From the NCBI RefSeq assembly GCF_046119375.1, contig NW_027362943.1:806001-870000 (forward strand): a stretch of DNA of 64,000 nucleotides, written 5' to 3'. Position numbers and translations under genes: made by a program. Position 1 is the stretch's first letter. Every line of letters starts with the position of its first letter. Origin of the DNA: Phyllobates terribilis. Lineage: Eukaryota. A model generated the notes under the pieces. That model did not search any database, was not told the DNA's origin, and saw only the letters and a list, made by a program, of their open reading frames with translations. Shown piece after piece: positions 13,001-23,319 of this stretch.

Positions 13001-14274
13001 CATGTTGTTTTTGAGCCACTAATGATGTGGAAACCTCTGTTTTTCCGTTGACAGATTATGGACCTGAGTGGACGCTTTTTTTTTGTGATATGAGCAGAAA
13101 TTTTTATTGGTATAATTTTCGCATATTTCATATTTGGGAGGCAGAATGAACAAACAGTTGAACACCAAACTCTACTGGTTCATGCTATGAGGTTTTCTAT
13201 TAGACTGTGAACTTTCATTGTCTTGAATAAATCAATATTTTTACAAAACTTGCCATTTGTACCAACAGTTTAGAAATGTTCAAAAATATAAATTTCAAGA
13301 ATATTTTATTCAAATATATATTTTTTTACTTAGCAGATGACTGTACTAGGAGATCAGAGGGACAGCTGACATCTTCAATTTTCAAATCAGATGAGCTGGA
13401 GATCTCACAGGATACAATTGAAGGGAATGCTATTACTCCAAATATGCCATCATCCCTTTACAGCAAAGATGTGTCATTTGCTCCTTTGAAACAGGTCCTA
13501 TCTTCTGATTCATTACCGACTACTAAGGAAAATCAAAGTCACAAAATAAGCATTAAAAAACTAACTGCTCCTAAAGCTAAGAAGCCATTTGCACGGTCAG
13601 AATATGGAAATGGTTTTCCCCTCAAAAAGTTTTTTCTTAAACATCAAAAAATTCACACAGCAAAGAATAGATTTTCATGTTTCAAGTGTATGAAATGTTT
13701 TAACAAGAAATCAAGTCTTCTTAGTCACCAAAGAACTCACACAGGGGAGAAGCCTTTTTCATGTTCAGAATGTGGGAAATGTTTTAACCAGGAATTAGAT
13801 CTTGTTACACATCAAAGAACTCACACAGGGGAAAAACCTTTTTCATGTTCAGAATGTGGGAAATGTTTTACAGGGAAATCAAATCTTGTTAAGCACCAGA
13901 GAACTCACACAGGAGAGAAGCCTTTTTCATGTTCAGAATGTGGGAAATATTTTACAGAGAAATCAAATCTTGTTAAGCACCAGAGAACTCACACAGGAGA
14001 TAAGCCTTTTTCCTGTTCAGAATGTGGGAAATGTTTTAACCAGAAATCAGATCTTGTTACACATCAGAGAACTCACACAGGGGAGAAGCCTTTTTCCTGT
14101 TCAGAATGTGGGAAATGTTTTAACCAGAAATCAGATCTTGTTACACATCAGAGAACTCACACAGGGGATAAGCCTTTTTCATGTTCAGAATGTGGGAAAT
14201 GTTTTAACCAGAAATCAGCTCTTGTTAGACATCAGAGAAGTCACAGAGGGGAGAAGCCTTTTTTATATCCTTAA
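3962..14274 (+). CDS. KRAB-like C2H2 zinc finger protein, gene 1 (amphibian oocyte/gastrula ZNF, XlCOF/XlCGF-like), about 503 aa, 7 intact fingers
   Basis: join(3962..4039,4169..4351,4441..4564,4648..4745,11179..11269,13337..14274). All introns are GT-AG, phases are consistent (1512 nt), and exon sizes mirror gene 2. Confidence 0.88.
4169..4351 (+). CDS. Gene 1 coding exon 2 ([24 protein letters not shown])
   Basis: CAG|GAT acceptor, GAG|GTGACA donor, 183 nt. Confidence 0.87.
4441..4564 (+). CDS. Gene 1 coding exon 3, KRAB-A-like box ([33 protein letters not shown])
   Basis: DVAVYFSxEEW KRAB-A signature; 124 nt; CAG|GTAATA donor. Confidence 0.9.
4648..4745 (+). CDS. Gene 1 coding exon 4
   Basis: TAG|ATC acceptor, CAG|GTACAT donor, 98 nt as in gene 2. 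Confidence 0.85.
5821..6726 (+). pseudogene. hAT transposase N-terminal relic with BED zinc finger
   Basis: ..[28 protein letters not shown]; frameshifted, and cut by the Tx1 insertion. Confidence 0.72.
6727..8335 (-). mobile_element. 5'-truncated L1/Tx1-clade LINE (RT and C-terminal ORF2 relic)
   Basis: [28 protein letters not shown] and [12 protein letters not shown] motifs in broken frames. Confidence 0.85.
8336..8680. mobile_element. Tc1-type terminal fragment
   Basis: Ends GGTGATTCCATAATTTTTGCCAGGGGTTG|TA, with an inner direct repeat GTGATTCCATAATTTTT near 8458. Confidence 0.7.
8683..9200 (+). pseudogene. hAT transposase C-terminal dimerization domain relic
   Basis: [61 protein letters not shown]. 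Confidence 0.88.
11179..11269 (+). CDS. Gene 1 coding exon 5 ([30 protein letters not shown])
   Basis: TTTCAG|GGT acceptor, CAG|GTGAGT donor, 91 nt as in gene 2. Confidence 0.87.
13337..14274 (+). CDS. Gene 1 last exon, C2H2 finger array
   Basis: Seven CxxC..HxxxH fingers with TGEKP linkers, preceded by one degenerate finger; TAA at 14272-14274. Confidence 0.93.
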
Positions 14275-14552
14275 TGTGGAAAATGTTTTACTTGAAAAGA
14301 CACACTTTTAGCAAGAAAAAATCGTGCTAATAAGTGAGTACGTCCTATAGACTGAAGGTAACTTCCTGTGACTGAGAACAATGAGACAGTGTCCTTCCTG
14401 ATCAGTGAGAGAACTGATCTCTCCTCAAGCCCCACACTTATCTAACTGATTGGTGCAGAAGAGAAGAGGAAGGTACTGGGACCTGTACAGAGGCTGCACG
14501 TTTTGACTGAGCAGCTGAAGAATCTAGCTCATGGACCTTTCAGATCATGTAA

Positions 14553-15600
14553 CACTGTTTTACATATTTGTAAAAGTTGTCAGGTTCCGTTATGAACTGA
14601 GCCATTTCTTAATGAATTTGACCTCCTGAATTCAAATGGGACAATGAGTTTTTCATTTTACTGCTACATATAATTTTATGATAAAAGTTTCAGTACTTTG
14701 AAACATTATTATTTTTGTAAATATACAGATGCAGAATATTTTGTTATGCCAATTTTCTTATATTTATTTAGAGAAAACTTAGAAACAATTCAAATAACTA
14801 AAACCTGTCTAAACCCTATTGCGAATTTAAACAGTTACAGAAATTGCACTACAAAATTAGTCCTCATTCAGTGACAACTGTTTTTTTGCTTGTTTCTTGT
14901 ACTCCTGTATCGGATCATCTCTTAAAATTATACAATAGTAATCTGCAAGCATTGATGGATTTCATCTTCCTTGATATCTTTTCTCCATAATTGCAATATC
15001 TTGGTTACGTTTCTCACCATCCTCGTCTCTCACTACTCCACAGTTTGGTGGAAAAAAAGTCTACAATATAAGAAATTAATCATTAAGGACATGTTACAGC
15101 CAAGATCCTTACATGTTTTGAGTAGAAATAACACCAACTCTTCATAGTTACTGTATCTGCTCTTGAGTATCCCAAAAAGTTAGTTACCACAAATGCAAAT
15201 GTAAACCATACAGACTTTTCCTTGCCCTGGAACAAATGAAGAAACTGCTCATCTTCAAGAAGCTTACGAATCTGAAGTCCAATAAAGACTCCTTCTTTTA
15301 TATTTGCTTCACTTAACCTTGGAAAGTTATCAATCAGATGCATGAATGCTTGTACATTTTTATCCATAGGCTTTACTAAGTTCTTCATTAGGCCCAACTT
15401 GATAAGATTTTGTTACCACCATTGCCTAGGTGGATCCTCAACTTCTGGATGCAGGACAGTTTACTCCCTTGCTGAAGTGAATGTTGGAGAGGCCAGTCCC
15501 TTTTTTTGTAGCCATATTCTCTTGCACGACTATCCCATTCACACAGAAAGCAGCAGTACTTGTGTGCAATAACCCTGACGACATATGTGAACAAGCAGAT
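14553..15600 (-). mobile_element. Degenerate DDE transposon, probably CMC/Chapaev3-like
   Basis: GLMKNLVK..FPRLSEANIKEGVFIGLQIRKLL.. and FFPPNCGVVRDEDGEKRNQDIAIMEKRYQGR. Possible CACTG terminus at 14553. Superfamily is assigned from recalled motifs, not from a search. Confidence 0.6.
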
Positions 15601-15779
15601 GTAGGAGCCCCGGCCGAGCATCTAGCTATTTATCCGATATAGGACCTGATGACCATTTTGAAAATCGGCATACATCTACCAGTTAATTGTCTGAGTGTGG
15701 AAGTAGTTTGCTCCAGGGGAAAAAAGTGACCAGGAAAAGCCACATAAAGACTGCGGGAGAAGCAGGTTCTCAGCTCTAA

Positions 15780-17430
15780 GATGACACCACGGTTGTCACG
15801 CTGGAGACAGATTGAGCAGGGGAGACGAGGAGGAGGGAAGTGTGGCCTGGCTGTAGCAATTTGCCTGCACAGAAACACAGGTCTCAGCAGGTGACAGTGG
15901 CCTTATAACAGCTACCCCACACCTGCGCACGGGCTCCAAGTGGAGGAGTTGGGTGTGCAGGAGATGGGAGAGACAGCCGCTTTGAAGGGGATGAAAAGAC
16001 CACAAAATTGCATGTGGCACAATACTCACTGCCCCACGGCCTAACCTGCACCAATGGGACATACAGGAACCTGAGGAACCTACTTTAAAAGATGTTTTCA
16101 TTGCAGTGGTACATTGTAAATTCTCTCTCTGCTTTCAATGTACATTTTGGTGGTCTTAAAGATGAGACAGCAGGTATACGACACAAACTTCAGAAAATAG
16201 AGCAGGGGCAGTGGAAGGCTAAGTCAGTGCCATTGAGGACCAGATAGCCCATAAAAGCAATGAGAACAGGCTTGCAGAACATCAAATATCAGCACTGCTG
16301 GCGGAAACAGATGATCTTGAAAATAGGTCAAGGCTCAAAGATATACCACTTATTGGTGTGCCTGAAATAAATAGAAGGCTCCTTCCTACTGAATTCTTTG
16401 AAAACTGGCTGAAATTAATAATCAGGTGTGAAACCTTAACCCTCCTATAAGCTGTAGAACGAGCTCATAATGTGCTCATTTAACAAATTAATTAAAGGAA
16501 GCGTGGAATTAATTTATAATGATATTTATTTTCCTTCTAATAAAATTATACAGTAATTGATAACACACTGATATCAGTATAATGAGACAAAATAATATTC
16601 TGACATATGAAACACGACAAATGGACTGTAACAAATATAATAAACTAAAATAACATTTAGAGGAATTCGGATAAGAGCATTTTAGCTCATCAAAAGACAT
16701 ATTAAATAAAATAAATAAAACAAGAATTTTTTTGACATACAATGAACTACAAGTTTTTTACAAACTTTTCTCCTACCCTTGGATTTGCTTTTCTTTTTAA
16801 TCTTTTGTTAATTCCTAAATACACATAGCGGCTTAACGACTAAAGAACACAGGACACAGTGGTTTTCCCTATAGAGACATAGGTTCTTGCCCAACTCCTG
16901 CTTTTAGAATAAGTGAATAAATACATTTATTTTAGCGAACATTTGAACTTCTATATATATACTATATTTAAATAATGTCGAATAGGTTTATAGTATATGA
17001 ATTGTTATACATTTTTTTGGAGGTATTTCTTTATATAACTGAAATGCACGCAATTTTATTTTCCGATGTAATCATGTGTCTATCCAGTGAACTTTGACAC
17101 AAGTCAGTTATGTGTTGATTTGGAGCCTTAATTCAAAACTCAAGCCTTTACACTGTCTTGCACAGTTTTGTCTGCATGTGGTTGTTTCCTGAAGAAGTGC
17201 TTGTCACTTTTAAACGCATTTAATAAAAACAGCAATTTAATAAACCTTTCTGAATTGATGTTTTCAATAAACCAGCAGCGTGGGAAGTATCCACAAATAT
17301 CTCCAGATCCTGATATTCAATGATATACCCTGCCAAGTTAAGGGTGGTAGCCCGAGGTACTGTGCACTTTATTCAAGATTCATAAACCCTTCACTGGCTC
17401 GATATGAATGAGAGGCAAATACGCCGGGAT
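15780..17430 (+). pseudogene. L1 LINE ORF1 relic, interrupted by an AT-rich segment at about 16480-17260
   Basis: LKDVFIAVVHC..LKDETAGIRHKLQK; DDLENRSRLKDIPLIGVPE; VERAH; YSMIYPAKLRVVARG. Confidence 0.72.
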
Positions 17431-17889
17431 CAAATTTGGGATGTTCAAAGTTGAAGATCCTGTGGTACAAACCCTAATTCTTCAAAAACACAGTGATCCG
17501 TGAGTATATGGGAAGAAGTGTCCCTGCTTGTTGGACAGTTCTTTACAATTGTTGTTTTTTCTTCAGGTTCTATTATGATTATATCACATTTTTCTTGCCT
17601 AATTGGGGTTGAATTATCCCCCAAGGGGGCTAAGGTTCTAGGTGGGATTCTCCCATAAGTTCAACAGTGACTGAGCCGCCATTTTTTCTACTTTAAAAGC
17701 GACAGCTATGGAAATACTTCGGCCAGTCTCTCACCCGGAGAAAGTTGTTTTATATCTGCCTTTTATGGGGAGGGGGGGTCTTTTTTATTTATTGGGGTAT
17801 GTTTTATATTGTTGACAATCTTGTAATATGCGCTTAACTAGCTATGTAAAACAGAAATGCTCTGCTGATAGGATATTGGAAACTACATA

Positions 17890-19108
17890 CAGGTGCATCT
17901 CAGTAAATTAGAATATCATCAAAAAGTTAATTTATTTCTGTTCTTCAATACAAAAAGTGAAACTCATATATAGAGTCATTACAGACAGAGTGGTCTATTT
18001 CAAGTGTTTATTTCTGTTAATGTTGATGATTATGGCTTACAGCCAATGAAAACACAAAAGTCATTATCTCAGTAAATTATAATACTTTATAACAGCTTGA
18101 AAAATGTTTTTAAAATCCGAACTGTTGGCCTACTGAAATGTATATTCAGTAAATGCACTCAATACTTGGTTGGGGCTCTTTTGGATCAACTACTGCATCA
18201 ATGCGGCGTGGCATGGAGGCTATCAGCCTGTGGCACTGCTGAGGTGTTATGGAAGCCCAGGTGGCTTTGATAGCAGCCTTCAGCTCGTCTGCATTGTTGG
18301 GTCTGGTGTCTCTCATCTTCCTCTTGACAATACCCCATAGATTCTCTATGGGGTTAAGGTCAGGCGAGTTTGCTGGCCAATCAAGCACAGTGATACTGTT
18401 GTTTTTAAACCAGGTATTGGTACTTTAGGCAGTGTGGACAGGTGCCAAGTCCTGCTGGAGAATGAAATTTCCATCTCCAAAAAGCTTGTCAGCAGAGGGA
18501 AGCATGGAGTGCTCTAAAATTTCCTGGTAGACAGCTGTGCTGACTTTGGTCTTGATAAAACACAGTGGACCTACACCAGCAGATGACATGGCTCCCCAAA
18601 CCATCACTGATTGTGGAAACTTCACACTAAACCTCAAGCAACTTGGATTGTGGCCTCTCCACTCTTCCTCCAGACTCTGGGACCTTGTGGAATGTGTCTG
18701 CCTTCTGGACATCTATCAAGTCAGCAGTATTCCCCATGATTGTGGAGCCTACTGAAATAGACTAAGGGACCTTTATAAACACTTAGGATGCCTTTACAGG
18801 TATTTTTTGTTAATTATTCAAATTTACTGAGATAATGACTTTTGTGTTTTCATTGGCTGTAAGCCATAATCATTAACATTAATAGAAATAAACATTTGAA
18901 ATAGATCACTCTGTTTGTAATCACTCTATATAATAGATCCCTCTGTGTGTAATGACTCTATATAATAGATCCCTCTGTGTGTAATGACTCTATATAATAG
19001 ATCCCTCTGTTTGTAATGACTCTATATAATATGAGCTTCACTTTTCGTATTGAAGAACTGAAATAATTTAACTTTTTGATGATATTCTAATTTAGTGAGC
19101 TGCACCTG
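17890..19108 (-). mobile_element. Internally deleted Tc1 (DD34E)
   Basis: TIRs CAGGTGCATCTCAGTAAATTAGAATATC / GATATTCTAATTTAGTGAGCTGCACCTG with TA flanks. [19 protein letters not shown] gives 34 residues between D and E. Confidence 0.9.
18902..19029. repeat. 32-bp tandem repeat x4 inside the Tc1
   Basis: Unit TAGATCCCTCTGTGTGTAATGACTCTATATAA. Confidence 0.85.
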
Positions 19109-19327
19109 TATACAGTAAAAGTTAATTTTTATTATAACTTTGGGTTGATATGGTCGGATTTTTTCTCTTCAAGTATTTAACTATGTTCAAACGACCCAAC
19201 CTTGATTTTCATCAGTAGGTGCTAGCTATTTAGCAAGAGACACACTATCTTTAATATGCACCGATTGAGAAACTTACATTGGATTATTGTGTTTGTGTTA
19301 TGCACAGAATTTTTGTTTCCAATAGTG

Positions 19328-22300
19328 ATGGATTTTAGAGCCAAGGAAAAGACCTGGCTCGGTCAAATGGATCAGGTATTTGGCGCAGGCAGTACGGAAC
19401 CACAGGTGGAGAGTGAGCGAAGCTGGGATTCTCAGGTCCGGTCTATTCAGGCATTGATTTTGAGGCGGACTAAGCTGTGGTGGAATAGGGCCTTCCTACA
19501 GAGGTACATCACCAATAAACTTATCCCGAGAGGTCTGAGAGTACGGGTGATCCCTACATTTGTGGTGGATGATACAGACTTTATCTCCAGTTGGGAAGAC
19601 CATTGTAATACATGTTCATTTGGATTTATGAAATTACTAATTGATCTTAACACTAAGGCTATTACAGCCCTGGATGCTTCTATTGATGAAGCACAGAATA
19701 CACTTAGAAGTAGTTGTCCGAATGAGAAACTTCAAGAATTTGACGCACAAATCGATAGGAACCTGGACTTATGCGTAAAAAAACTCCATGACACCCAAGC
19801 CAATAAAATGGCGAGGGATCAAAGAGATTTCTCTTCTAATATGGTCTATCACTGGAGAAAGACTAATACTCAACATTCTGTGGCACAACGTTCTTCTTCC
19901 ATCACATCATCCTCATCTCTTAGTGATTCATCTAGCATTATGTCTTCTTCCGTGATTACACGGTCAGGACTAAGCCTGAAGAGGACACGCGATTCGAATT
20001 TTCATCCATACCGACGTAGACAGCCTAGACAGCCGCCCATGGACAGTGGGGATAACAAGGTAATTAACCTTAGTAATTACAAACTTACTGATATGGACCT
20101 TGCTCTACTGGGCAGGGGCCTTTCCTTCTCACCTAAGAGTAATTTTGATGTCTTTTCTGCCATCAAGGACCTCCATTTATTTGCGAGGTCCTTGATGTTT
20201 AAAAAACACTCCTTTGATGAGACACAATTTAATCTCTTTCCAACAGAAGAGGAACAAGTAGCTTTACGCACGCTGGATGAACTTTCCATGGAACACAATA
20301 TGGGTGAAGGAGGTAAGATCCCTGCATCTATTAGAGTAAGGTCCAAGAAATTTCCCCCACTGTCCACGTGCGCCAACATAGACTTGTTCGTACAGGTGGT
20401 CACGAGAGAATTCGAACGTATGCCCCGTTATATAGAGAAGGACAATCTCACCACACAGGAGCGGGACCGCCTCCATGCTCTTCAGAACCTCCCTAATATA
20501 GTGTTGAAGCCGGCCGACAAGGGTGGGAACATCGTGCTGTGGCCTAAAGACATGTATGAGAGAGAGGCCTTCAGACAGCTTCATAATAAAACCTGTTATA
20601 AATGTCTGACATTTAATCCTTTGGCCTCTTTCTCATCCGATTTGTCTAAAATTATCCACAAAGCCGTAGCCGATGGGACCATCACTGCCGGACTGGCTTC
20701 GGCACTATTGGTTAATGAACCAACGATATCCACATTTTACTTGTTGCCCAAAGTCCACAAGAATATGTCCTCACCACCTGGGCGTCCAATCATCTCTGGA
20801 ACAGGGAACTTCCTAGAGAATGTAAACCGATGGATTGATAGTAAACTTCAACCACTAGTAGAAAGCCTTCCATCATTTCTTCTAGATACAGGCGACCTAC
20901 TAAGGAAAGTGGATGGACTGTACCTGGATCCAGAGATGATTCTTGTGACAGGCGATGTGGAATCATTATATACTAATATTAAGCATGTGGATGGCCTTAG
21001 GGCCTGTGCATTCTTTCTCAACACCTCTAATTTACCAAGAGATATTGTTGACCTGGTGATGTGCCTCTTGGAATTTTCCCTCACCCACAGTTTCTTCACC
21101 TTTAAGGGGTCCTTCTACCTACAGCTCCAGGGTACAGCTATGGGTGCATCTTTTGCGCCAGCCTACGCTAATTTGTTCCTGGGGCTGTGGGAGAGGGACC
21201 TCTCCCTGCCGGATCTGCAGGCATCAATGGAGCGCGTCCCCCTTTGGACGCGCTACATTGATGATATCCTGCTGATCTGGCAGGGCTCTGTTGAGGACTT
21301 GCAGATTTTTGTGCAACTCCTCAACACCAATAATATGAATATTCATATTACTTTCAACTGGGATATGGATACAGTTAACTTTCTTGATGTTACCCTCACG
21401 AGGGACCACAATAATCTGATACAAACAAACATCTATAGAAAGGATACCTCCACGAATACGCTACTTCACGCGTCGTCCTCCCATCCTCCGTGGATGGTTC
21501 GTTCAGTACCCACTGGACAATTTCTGCGACTTCGCAGACTTTGTTCCAGTGACGAGGAATTTGCTAGACAGTCTATGGATATGAAGAAGAGATTCTATGA
21601 GAGAGGCTACAGTAAACGAGTGGTGAAAAGAGCGTATCATCGTGCCAAATATTCAAATAGGCACGAATTGCTCTATCTGCAAAGAAGTCCTAAGATCAGT
21701 GACAAACCAAGGTTTATAACAAACTATCATGGACAATTTGGGCGCATGAGGAAATGTTTGACTCAAGCTTGGCCCATCCTCTTGATAGACCCGGTATTGT
21801 CAAAAATTCTTCCTGATCGCCCACCCATCACTGTACGCCGGTCTAGGAATCTCCGTGACTATTTTGTACACAGTCACTATCAAACAGCACCAGGCATGTC
21901 TACTATCTTTGGTGCATCAGGTCCTGACTGTGGGAGTTTTCCGTGCGGTCGATGTGTCGCCTGCCCCAATATGGACAGGATCAGTACTTTTTCTAATGCA
22001 GCTGGTACTAAAATTTATGATATAAAATGTCGTATTACATGTACCTCACGTTTTGTTATCTACTACGCCACCTGCCCGTGTGGGCTCATTTATGTTGGCC
22101 TAACAACGCGCCAACTTAAAGTTAGAATAAGAGAACATATATTGGGGATCGTGGCGGCAATCGACTGCATGGATCCCTCCACACTCAGGACCATACCCAA
22201 ACATTTTAAATTGCATCATGACTGTGACAGTTCCCTCCTGAGGGTTCGGGGGATAGACGCGTTGAGAATGGGTATTCGTGGAGGTAGACAGAGCCAACGC

Positions 22301-22393
22301 TTGGCTCAGCTCGAATCTAGATGGATTTGGCGACTAAATACCGTACATCCCAATGGACTTAATGAGAATCTCAGCTTCGCTCCTTTTCTTTAG
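19328..22393 (+). CDS. Penelope-like polyprotein: RT + Cys-rich linker + GIY-YIG endonuclease (about 1021 aa)
   Basis: DVESLYTNI, QGTAMGASFAPAYANLF, RYIDD, VNFLDV; CGRCVAC linker; VIYYATCPCGLIYVG..RIREH. Start taken at MDFRAKE; the upstream ATG at 19256 lies inside the terminal repeat. Confidence 0.92.
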   Translation: MDFRAKEKTWLGQMDQVFGAGSTEPQVESERSWDSQVRSIQALILRRTKLWWNRAFLQRYITNKLIPRGLRVRVIPTFVVDDTDFISSWEDHCNTCSFGFMKLLIDLNTKAITALDASIDEAQNTLRSSCPNEKLQEFDAQIDRNLDLCVKKLHDTQANKMARDQRDFSSNMVYHWRKTNTQHSVAQRSSSITSSSSLSDSSSIMSSSVITRSGLSLKRTRDSNFHPYRRRQPRQPPMDSGDNKVINLSNYKLTDMDLALLGRGLSFSPKSNFDVFSAIKDLHLFARSLMFKKHSFDETQFNLFPTEEEQVALRTLDELSMEHNMGEGGKIPASIRVRSKKFPPLSTCANIDLFVQVVTREFERMPRYIEKDNLTTQERDRLHALQNLPNIVLKPADKGGNIVLWPKDMYEREAFRQLHNKTCYKCLTFNPLASFSSDLSKIIHKAVADGTITAGLASALLVNEPTISTFYLLPKVHKNMSSPPGRPIISGTGNFLENVNRWIDSKLQPLVESLPSFLLDTGDLLRKVDGLYLDPEMILVTGDVESLYTNIKHVDGLRACAFFLNTSNLPRDIVDLVMCLLEFSLTHSFFTFKGSFYLQLQGTAMGASFAPAYANLFLGLWERDLSLPDLQASMERVPLWTRYIDDILLIWQGSVEDLQIFVQLLNTNNMNIHITFNWDMDTVNFLDVTLTRDHNNLIQTNIYRKDTSTNTLLHASSSHPPWMVRSVPTGQFLRLRRLCSSDEEFARQSMDMKKRFYERGYSKRVVKRAYHRAKYSNRHELLYLQRSPKISDKPRFITNYHGQFGRMRKCLTQAWPILLIDPVLSKILPDRPPITVRRSRNLRDYFVHSHYQTAPGMSTIFGASGPDCGSFPCGRCVACPNMDRISTFSNAAGTKIYDIKCRITCTSRFVIYYATCPCGLIYVGLTTRQLKVRIREHILGIVAAIDCMDPSTLRTIPKHFKLHHDCDSSLLRVRGIDALRMGIRGGRQSQRLAQLESRWIWRLNTVHPNGLNENLSFAPFL

Positions 22394-23277
22394 ATTCCTC
22401 CCCTGTCACATATCTCTGTTGTGGTTTTTATGATTTTAATCTACTTTTTTATTTTCAGTGTGTTTCACCATCCGTTTGCACCTTACTTCCTCCGACGAGT
22501 TATATATATATTATGGCTGATACCATATGGACCAATATGTGAATATGAATACATTGAATAATCCATCTCATCTGGGAACAACTACTGCGGTGTATATATA
22601 TATACGGTGGATTTTTTTGTCTTGTGCTATATGATCTTTATATACCCTGTCATTTTGATAGAATCTGGATCAGGGAAGTTCGCTACCCCCACACTATACA
22701 TGATTCTCTGTGAACTTGGGATGATATATGTGATGTTATCTTTATTTTTTTAAAATCTTACTTAGTATATATTACTGGTGTGACAATATGGCCCTTACAC
22801 ATTTACTATATACTTATGGGATTGCAAATGATCTACACTAGCCCTCTGTATGATGGGATATATATAATTGATGTAACGATGTATTATTTGATTGTCATAA
22901 TGTGAAGTTGCTGGACTGTGACATAGTGTTACTATATGATACATCCATATACTGAAGTGGTGGTAGTGGGAAAGAGAAAAAATATACTATATTGCGCAAG
23001 AATAGTATATATCTTCCGGTATGTTCCCCAATTATGTGAATTTAATAGGACCTGACGCGCGAGCGTCGCCGCTTTCTGAGTACCCCGTGCCGCCTGGCGT
23101 CTTTATGCAAGGACCTGCATCACATGGGTCCATGTGACCATCATGTGACTCCTTGCATGACGCCCGCGTCACTGGTTGCTTAGCGGCGGGGACGCTACGC
23201 GCGTCACTACGGGTCCACCCTCTCCATCTGATTGGCCAGCATGGTATTTAAGTTCATACTCCCCCGGAGGAAGTTGA

Positions 23278-23319
23278 CGCCCCCTGAAGAAGGCAAACGC
23301 CGAAACGTGCGTTGGGGTG
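23278..23319 (+). ncRNA. Minimal type I hammerhead ribozyme
   Basis: CGCCCC-CUGAAGA-A-GGC(AAAC)GCC-GAAA-C(GUGC)GU-U-GGGGUG: core motifs, stem I 6 bp, stem II 3 bp, stem III 2 bp. PLE terminal repeats are known to carry such motifs. Confidence 0.75.

Noticed and set aside
13802-14311. Alternative-frame ORFs over the finger arrays (also 33968-34825 and 34015-34356)
   Set aside because: Shadow frames produced by the 84-bp finger periodicity; no independent coding evidence.
17280-17700. Possible endogenous viral ORF on the minus strand
   Set aside because: The plus strand reads as the L1 ORF1 C-terminus (YPAKLRV); the minus frames are full of stops and have no recognisable motif.
19256-19327. 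Longer N-terminus for the PLE ORF from ATG 19256
   Set aside because: That ATG lies in the terminal repeat, and the extension is T-rich and resembles an intron 3' end; MDFRAKE at 19328 is preferred.
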